Below are positions 5,478 through 11,268 of a stretch of DNA of 11,268 nucleotides, in pieces. Each line of letters starts with the position of its first letter. The first letter of the stretch is position 1. The stretch is from NCBI GenBank assembly GCA_031459385.1, contig JAVKIP010000041.1:1-11268 (forward strand). Reading direction: 5' to 3'. The stretch comes from Candidatus Fervidifonticultor secundus. GTDB taxonomy: Bacteria > Sysuimicrobiota > Sysuimicrobiia > Sysuimicrobiales > Humicultoraceae. The position numbers and the translations under genes are program-made. The notes under the pieces are model-generated. The model was given only the letters and a program-made list of their open reading frames with translations, searched no databases and was not told the DNA's origin.

Positions 5478-7067
5478 ATGCGAAGAGTTCGCGTGGGACT
5501 GCTGGTGGCGGGCCTGGCGCTGGTGGTGGGTGTGCCGCCGGTGCTGTCGGGCCCGGCGGGCCCCACCCGTGGCGGGACCCTGACCATCGCACGGCCCGTG
5601 GACGCCGTCTCGCTCGACCCGCACTTTGAGACGACGGCGCCCGGGGCCTGGATCTACCAGATGATCCTGGAGCCGCTGGTCACGATGGGCCCCGACATGA
5701 AGGTCCGGCCCGTCCTGGCCACGGGGTACCGGGTCGTGTCGCCGACGCGCATCCGCTTCACGTTGCGGCGCGACGTGAAGTTCCACGACGGCACGCCGTT
5801 CAATGCGGCGGCGGTCAAGTTCACCTTCGACCGGGCCTTCGACCCGCGCACCCCGGCGCGCTGGGCCAGCCTGGCCGGGCCGATCAAGGGCGCCGAGGTC
5901 GTCGACGACCACACGGTGGACATCGTGACGACCGAGCCCTACGCGCCGCTGCTCTACAGCGTCGCCATGGTCTACGCCGGGATCGTCAGCCCCGCGGCCG
6001 TCCAGCGGCTGGGCGCGGAGTTCAGCCGCCGGCCGGTGGGCACGGGCCCGTTCAAGTTCGAGGAGTGGCGGACCAACGACCGGATCTCGGTGGTGCGCAA
6101 CGACGACTACTGGGGACAGAAGGCCCACCTCGACCGGATCGTGTTCCGGGTCATCCCGGAGGAGTCGGCCCGGATGATCGCCCTGCGCACCGGCGAGGTG
6201 GACATGGTGCTGGTGCCCGCCCCCGCACAGCTCGCGGCGTTCCGCCGCGACCCGAACTTCACGGTGGCCGAAGCCACCGGGCTGCGCGTGGTGTTCATCG
6301 GCATGAACCTGACCCGGCCGCCGCTCTCGGACGTCCGAGTGCGCCGCGCGCTGGTCATGGCCGCCAACCGCAAGGCGATCCTGGACAACATCCTGGAAGG
6401 GGCGGCCGGGCCGGCCGACGGGATCCTGGCGCCGGGCGTCTTCGGCTACAAGGCCATGGGGCTGGATAGCCTCTATCCGTACAACCCCGACCGGGCCCGC
6501 CAGCTGCTGCAGGAAGCGGGCTTCCGGCCCGGGCCCGACGGCATCATGCAGCGCGAAGGCCTCCCCCTGGTGCTCACGCTGATCTCGGCCCGCGGGCGCT
6601 ACTTCAAGGACGCCGAGATCTCGGAGGCCTATCAGGCGCAGCTCCGGCAGATCGGCGTGCGGCTGGAGATCTCGTTCCTCGAGTGGGCGACGGTCTTCAC
6701 CACGGTGCGCGCCGCGACCCTCGACTACCACCTGTTCACGCTGGGCTGGGTGACGACGACCGCCGACGCCGACTACAGCCTGCTGCCCATGTTCCGGTCG
6801 GACCAGGCCCCGCCGCGCGGGTGGAACACCTGGCGCTACGTCAACCCGGAGTTCGACCGCCTGGTGGATGCCGCGCGCCGCAGCCTGGACCCCGGCGAGC
6901 GCCAGACGCTCTACGCCCGCGCGCAGGACATGATCGCGCGCGACATCATGTTCGTGCCGTTCTACACCACCAAGGAGATCGCGGTGATGAAGGCGGCCGT
7001 CAAGAACTTCGTCCCGCACCCGATCGAGTACAATCAGGGCTTCGCCTATATCTGGATCCAGCGGTAG
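5478..7067 (+). CDS. ABC transporter substrate-binding protein, family 5 (DppA/OppA/GsiB/NikA-like), 529 aa
   Basis: Signal peptide MRRVRVGLLVAGLALVVG, then GGTLTIA...SLDPH, FTLRRDVKFHDGTPFNAAAVKFTFDR (family 5 signature), PVGTGPFKF, DVRVRRAL and YNPDRARQLLQEAG. Confidence 0.95.
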   Translation: MRRVRVGLLVAGLALVVGVPPVLSGPAGPTRGGTLTIARPVDAVSLDPHFETTAPGAWIYQMILEPLVTMGPDMKVRPVLATGYRVVSPTRIRFTLRRDVKFHDGTPFNAAAVKFTFDRAFDPRTPARWASLAGPIKGAEVVDDHTVDIVTTEPYAPLLYSVAMVYAGIVSPAAVQRLGAEFSRRPVGTGPFKFEEWRTNDRISVVRNDDYWGQKAHLDRIVFRVIPEESARMIALRTGEVDMVLVPAPAQLAAFRRDPNFTVAEATGLRVVFIGMNLTRPPLSDVRVRRALVMAANRKAILDNILEGAAGPADGILAPGVFGYKAMGLDSLYPYNPDRARQLLQEAGFRPGPDGIMQREGLPLVLTLISARGRYFKDAEISEAYQAQLRQIGVRLEISFLEWATVFTTVRAATLDYHLFTLGWVTTTADADYSLLPMFRSDQAPPRGWNTWRYVNPEFDRLVDAARRSLDPGERQTLYARAQDMIARDIMFVPFYTTKEIAVMKAAVKNFVPHPIEYNQGFAYIWIQR

Positions 7068-7085
7068 CCGCCTGCGTCCGGCGGC

Positions 7086-7124
7086 GTGCGCGGGGCCGGG
7101 GCCGGCGGCCCCGCCCCCGCGCGC
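7086..7124 (+). other. Strong intergenic stem-loop between the binding-protein and permease genes (probable mRNA stabiliser or attenuator)
   Basis: GTGCGCGGGGCCGGGGCC-GGC-GGCCCCGCCCCCGCGCGC: 18-position stem with one C-C mismatch and one G-U pair, 3-nt loop, no U-tract. Confidence 0.6.
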
Positions 7125-7148
7125 CCGCGGTCTGCGTCGCTCGCTCTC

Positions 7149-8069
7149 GTGACGCGCTTCCTGGTCCGCCGGCTCGTGGCCGCCGTGCCCGTCGTGCTGG
7201 GCGTGGTGCTGCTGATCATGGCCACCATCGACCTGATCCCGGGCGACCCAGCGGCGCTGATGCTGGGGGAGGGGGCGACCGCCGAGATGGTCCAGCGGTT
7301 GCGGCAGTCGCTGGACCTGGACCAGCCCCTGCCGGTGCGCTACGTGCGGTACCTGGGCCGGCTGGCGCAGGGCGACCTGGGGCGATCGATCCGGGAGGGG
7401 CGCCGCGTCAACGAGGAGATCGCCGACGTCTGGCCGGCGACGGCGCAGCTCGGCCTGACGGCCCTGGCCCTGGCCACTGTCGTGGGCATTCCTCTGGGAG
7501 TGCTCTCTGCGCGGTGGCCCTACTCGCTCTTCGACAACCTGGTGCGCATCATCTCGCTGTTCGGCCTCTCGATGCCGATCTTCTGGACCGGCATCGTCCT
7601 CATCGTGGTGTTCAGCCTGTGGCTCGGGTGGCTGCCGGCAGGCGGCCGGGGCACGTGGTTGCACCTGGTGCTGCCCGCGGCGACCCTGGCCGCGCCGACG
7701 ATCGCCATGCTGGCGCGCATGACGCGCTCCACTATGCTGGAAGTGCTGCGCGAGGACTACATCCGCACGGCGCGAGCTAAGGGCGTCGGGCTGCGCCGCG
7801 TGCTCGCCCACCACGCCCTGCGGAACGCGCTGATCCCGGTGGTGACCGTGATGGGGTTGCAGACCGGCCAGCTGCTGGGCGGCGCGGTGCTCACCGAAAC
7901 CGTGTTCGCCTGGCCCGGCATCGGGCGGATGCTGGTGCGCGCCATCTTCGCCCGCGACTACGTCCTGCTGCAGGGCGGTGTCCTCGTCCTGGCGGTGACG
8001 TTCGTCGTGATCAACCTGCTCGTGGACCTCTCCTACGCGGCGCTGGATCCGCGGATCACCTACCGATGA
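7149..8069 (+). CDS. Peptide/nickel ABC transporter permease (DppB/OppB/NikB-like), about 306 aa
   Basis: Starts (M)TRFLVRRL...PGDPA..., with GDLGRS, SMPIFWTG, HLVLPA, EAA-type loop EDYIRTARAKG, HALRNALIPVVT and ETVFAWPGIG. GTG 7149 was chosen by family N-terminus; the ORF-track start at 7086 lies in the hairpin. Confidence 0.93.
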   Translation: MTRFLVRRLVAAVPVVLGVVLLIMATIDLIPGDPAALMLGEGATAEMVQRLRQSLDLDQPLPVRYVRYLGRLAQGDLGRSIREGRRVNEEIADVWPATAQLGLTALALATVVGIPLGVLSARWPYSLFDNLVRIISLFGLSMPIFWTGIVLIVVFSLWLGWLPAGGRGTWLHLVLPAATLAAPTIAMLARMTRSTMLEVLREDYIRTARAKGVGLRRVLAHHALRNALIPVVTVMGLQTGQLLGGAVLTETVFAWPGIGRMLVRAIFARDYVLLQGGVLVLAVTFVVINLLVDLSYAALDPRITYR

Positions 8070-8986
8070 GCCTGCCCGGGCGCGCCGACGACGCGGCCGT
8101 CGCCGAAGGGGTGGCGGCGGGGCCGGCGGCCCGGCCGGCGACCTACATCTCGGCCGGGGGCGCGGCGTGGCGGCGCTTCCGGCGCAACCGCCTGGCGCTG
8201 GCAGGCCTGGGCATCGTGAGCCTGCTGGTGCTCGCGGCCGTCCTGGCGCCGTGGCTGGCGCCGGCCGACCCGGCGCGGCAGGTCCTCGAGGACAAGCGCA
8301 CCCCGCCCGGCCCGAAGTACCTGCTGGGCGCCGACGAGTTCGGCCGCGACATCGCCAGCCGGCTCGTCTACGGCAGCCGGGTGGCCTTGCTGGTGGGCGT
8401 GGTGTCGGTGCTGATCGCGCTGGTGCTCGGCACCGTGCTCGGCACCCTGGCCGGCTACCTTGGCGGCGGCGTGGACGAGGCGCTGATGCGCGCCCTCGAC
8501 GTCCTGCTGGCGTTTCCGTACCTGCTGCTGGCCATCGCCATCGTCAGCGCTCTGGGCCCGGGGCTCGAAAACACCATCCTGGCCGTGGGGGTGTGGGCCA
8601 CACCTGGCTTCGCGCGCGTCATCCGCGGGTCGGTGCTGTCCATCAAGGAGCAGGAGTACGTGCAGGCCGCCAGGGCCCTGGGGGCCGGAGCAGCCCGCAT
8701 CGTCATCCGCCACATCCTGCCCAACTGCGTCTCGATCCTGATCGTGTACTCGGCGCTCTACATGGCGGGTGCGATCCTGCTGGAGGCCGCGCTGTCGTTC
8801 CTGGGGCTGGGCGTGCAGCCGCCGACGCCCTCGTGGGGCCTGATGGTCAGCACGGGGCGCGACTTCCTGCTGCTCGCGCCGCACATCGCGACCTTCCCCG
8901 GGCTGGCCATCGCGCTGGCCGTGCTGGGGTTCAACCTGCTGGGCGACGGGCTGCGCGACGCCCTGGACCCGCGGCTGCGCCTGTAG
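8066..8986 (+). CDS. Peptide/nickel ABC transporter permease (DppC/OppC-like), 306 aa
   Basis: WRRFRRNRLA, LLGADEFGRDIASRLVYGSRVAL, EAA loop EYVQAARALGA, RHILPN, EAALSFLGLGVQPPTPSWG and FNLLGDGLRDALDPR. ATGA overlap with the upstream permease. Confidence 0.95.
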   Translation: MSLPGRADDAAVAEGVAAGPAARPATYISAGGAAWRRFRRNRLALAGLGIVSLLVLAAVLAPWLAPADPARQVLEDKRTPPGPKYLLGADEFGRDIASRLVYGSRVALLVGVVSVLIALVLGTVLGTLAGYLGGGVDEALMRALDVLLAFPYLLLAIAIVSALGPGLENTILAVGVWATPGFARVIRGSVLSIKEQEYVQAARALGAGAARIVIRHILPNCVSILIVYSALYMAGAILLEAALSFLGLGVQPPTPSWGLMVSTGRDFLLLAPHIATFPGLAIALAVLGFNLLGDGLRDALDPRLRL

Positions 8987-10712
8987 CCGCGCGCTCGGCG
9001 ATCTCCGCCGCCTGCGCCAGCGCGTACCGGATGGCGTTGAGGTCGCGCACCGCGCGCACGGCCAGGTGCTTCGCCTCGTCGCCCGATGCCCGCGCCAGCG
9101 CCCGCAGCGCGGCCAGGCGCGGCGGGTCCCGGTGGGACAGGGCGGGGTCGTGGTCGAAGCGGCCGGTCTGCGTGTAGTCTACCGGAATGAGCGCGCGGCC
9201 CATCGCCATCAGCGCCTGGTTGAGCGCGCGGATCGCGCGGCGGTCGCCGGTGCGCGCCAGCGTGTGGCCGCGCCGCTGCAGGGCCCCCGCCGCCCGGAGC
9301 AGGCGGCGGGCCTCGGCGAGCGCCGGCCGCACGTCCACCCGGCGGCCGGCGCCGGCCGCCACCGCGCGCAACGCGTCCAGCCAGGCGCGGGCGGTCGCCG
9401 TGTAGTCCAGCGGCAGGACCGGCGCGGTGGCCAGCGTGTGCACCACGCCCAGGTAGATCCGGCAGTCGCGTACCAGCAGCGCCGGGTCGATCTTGTCGGG
9501 GGTGTCCTCGGTCGTGTGCCACCACCAGCCCAGCCCGCCGGTGTCCCCGCCCGAGAACACGCTGAAGTCCCGGCTGGCATGGGGCGAGTCGCCGGGCTGC
9601 TCGGAGATGTCCATCAGCAGCGAGGGGATGCCGATGCCCAGGAACGACTGGTCGCCCATGCGGCCGGGGCGCGTGCCCTCGAACCGCCCCCCGGCCACGG
9701 CGCGCACCGCCGCCTCGACCACCGCGCGCGCCTCGGGCATGACGTACGCGTGGCGGTTGACCACGGCCCCCAGGCCCCCGGTCGAGTCGACGTTGACGTG
9801 GGCGACACACCGCGCGTTCAGCTCGTGCCAGAAGGTGTCCGCGTACCAGGTGGAGCCCGAGTACCGGCCGTGCGAGTGTCCGGACCAGAAGGCGAACCGC
9901 ACGCCCCGGTAGCGGCGGGCGCGGCCCAAAATCCGCGCGATCTCCAGCATCGTGGCGTTGGCCGTGCCGTTGTCCATGGCGCCGCGGTGCCACGAGTCGA
10001 GGTGCCCGGAGAAGAGCACGAACGTGTCCTCGACCGCCCCGGGCAGGTCGCCGATCACCAGCGGGGTCGTGCGCCAGCCCGTCTGCACCTGGGTCACCAG
10101 GCGCGCTCGCGCGCCCCCGCTGCGGGTGGCCTCGCGCACCGGGCCGGCGTCGCGGCCGGCCACCGAGACCACGGGGATCTTCGGCAGCCGGTCGAGCGCA
10201 TCCAGCGGCGGGCTGCCCCAGATCGTCGAGACGATCATTTCGTGCACGTGCGGGTCGTAGTTCAGGCACACGACGCCGGCGGCGCCGGCGCGCTCGGCGG
10301 CGGCGACCACGCCGGGGCTGGCGAGGCCGTCGACCACCGCGACCTTGCCCGCCACGCCCGCCGCCGCGAAGCCCGCGGGGGCGCCGCCCGCGTACACCGC
10401 CTCGGCCTCCAGCCCCGCCGGGCCCGTCGACGCGGCGAACGAGTGCGTCACGCACGCCACCTCGCGCGAGGCGCCCTCGGCGGTGAGCGTGAGCGCGGCC
10501 GGCCCCGGCAGGCTGATGTAAGCGTCGTGCATGAGCAGCCGGGTGCGGCACCCGGCCCGCCGCAGCTGCCCCTGCACGTAGCGCGCGGCCTCCAGCTCCT
10601 CGGGCGTGCCCGACAGCCGCACCCACCGCGCGATAGCCTGGGTGTCGGCCATCAGGCGGTCGGCGCTGACCTGCTCGAACGGGACCTGGCTCGGGGTGCT
10701 CTGGCGTGGCAT
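8931..10712 (-). CDS. M28-family metallopeptidase-like hydrolase with PA domain, 593 aa
   Basis: RLSGTPEE N-terminus, PA-like insert (AEAVYAG...GKVAVV...AERAGAAG...IPVVSV), GHLDSW..GAMDNGTAN, NVDSTG, GDQSF...GIPS and WWHTTEDTPDKID. SD AGGAGG precedes ATG 10712. Confidence 0.85.
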   Translation of the reverse strand: MPRQSTPSQVPFEQVSADRLMADTQAIARWVRLSGTPEELEAARYVQGQLRRAGCRTRLLMHDAYISLPGPAALTLTAEGASREVACVTHSFAASTGPAGLEAEAVYAGGAPAGFAAAGVAGKVAVVDGLASPGVVAAAERAGAAGVVCLNYDPHVHEMIVSTIWGSPPLDALDRLPKIPVVSVAGRDAGPVREATRSGGARARLVTQVQTGWRTTPLVIGDLPGAVEDTFVLFSGHLDSWHRGAMDNGTANATMLEIARILGRARRYRGVRFAFWSGHSHGRYSGSTWYADTFWHELNARCVAHVNVDSTGGLGAVVNRHAYVMPEARAVVEAAVRAVAGGRFEGTRPGRMGDQSFLGIGIPSLLMDISEQPGDSPHASRDFSVFSGGDTGGLGWWWHTTEDTPDKIDPALLVRDCRIYLGVVHTLATAPVLPLDYTATARAWLDALRAVAAGAGRRVDVRPALAEARRLLRAAGALQRRGHTLARTGDRRAIRALNQALMAMGRALIPVDYTQTGRFDHDPALSHRDPPRLAALRALARASGDEAKHLAVRAVRDLNAIRYALAQAAEIAERAATGAAAGPGRRAARRPAG

Positions 10713-10727
10713 CGTCAGCCTCCTGTT

Positions 10728-11268
10728 CTACCCCAGCATCCACCGGCCGCCGTCGGCGCTCAGCGTCTGCCCTGTGATGTAGCCGGCGTGCGGCGAGGCG
10801 AAGAAGAGCACGGCGAAGGCGACATCCTCGGGCTCGCCCAGCCGCTTGATCGCCAGCGCGTCGAAGAACCGGCGCTGGCCCTCGGGCCCCAGGTCCTCCC
10901 ACTGCCGGATCGACGCGGGATTGGAGAGCACGAAGCCCGGCGCCACCGAGTTGGCAGTGATCCCGAACGTCCCCAGCTCGCGCGCGATCTGCCGCGTGAA
11001 GCCGATGAGCCCGGCTTTGGCGCTGGCGTAGGCCTGGATGCCGGTCTGGCTGTAGGAGCGTCCGGCGCCCGACGAGATGGTCACGATGCGTCCCCAGCCC
11101 CGGGCCTTCATCTGCGGGACCACGGCGCGCACCAGGTGGAACGCGCCGGTCAGGTTGGCGTCCACGATGGCGTGCCACTGCTCGGGCATGACGCGCTCGA
11201 CGGGCTGCATCACCTGCCCGCGCACGCCCCCGGCCGTGTGCACCAGGATCTCCACGCCGCCGCAGGCG
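10728..11268 (-). CDS. Short-chain dehydrogenase/reductase (FabG-like), 5' end outside the window
   Basis: The frame is open to the window edge (ACGGVEILVHTAGG). Motifs: NLTGAF, GRIVTISS, catalytic YASAK, GITANSVAPG, RLGEPEDVA and YITGQTLSADGG. Confidence 0.92.
   Translation of the reverse strand, partial: ACGGVEILVHTAGGVRGQVMQPVERVMPEQWHAIVDANLTGAFHLVRAVVPQMKARGWGRIVTISSGAGRSYSQTGIQAYASAKAGLIGFTRQIARELGTFGITANSVAPGFVLSNPASIRQWEDLGPEGQRRFFDALAIKRLGEPEDVAFAVLFFASPHAGYITGQTLSADGGRWMLG

Noticed and set aside
5346..7814. Long antisense or alternative-frame ORFs (5346-7814, 8758-11178, 1105-2661, 4171-5583, 1077-2372 and others)
   Set aside because: These are typical stop-poor shadow frames of high-GC coding DNA. 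They overlap well-supported genes and have low-complexity R/G/P/A composition.
1..11268. cas genes, tRNA (including tRNA-Sec), rRNA, transposase or integrase
   Set aside because: No recognisable motifs were found. Almost all of the window is accounted for by other genes, and the intergenic gaps show no cloverleaf or terminal inverted repeats that I could identify.

Overview
High-GC bacterial DNA (hand count: about 78% GC in 1861-1920 versus about 58% in 421-480). The left edge holds the trailer end of a CRISPR array with a 36-bp repeat ending in ATTGAAGC (type I-G/I-U-like). The array runs head-on into a lower-GC hicB-hicA toxin-antitoxin pair whose hicA looks frameshifted and fused to the array end. 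Next come a minus-strand N-acyl-D-amino-acid deacylase and a plus-strand run: exported hypothetical protein, TIGR01777 oxidoreductase, Bcp peroxiredoxin, and a deiodinase-like thioredoxin-fold protein. The ORF track splits that last gene at an in-frame TGA, but it reads as a selenoprotein (FGSFT-U-PYC) with a SECIS-like hairpin just downstream. The right part has a peptide/nickel-type ABC importer (binding protein plus two permeases, no ATPase) converging on a PA-domain M28 hydrolase with a non-canonical active site and a 5'-truncated SDR. Best leads: the hidden selenoprotein coupled to bcp, and the CRISPR-array/hicA junction.
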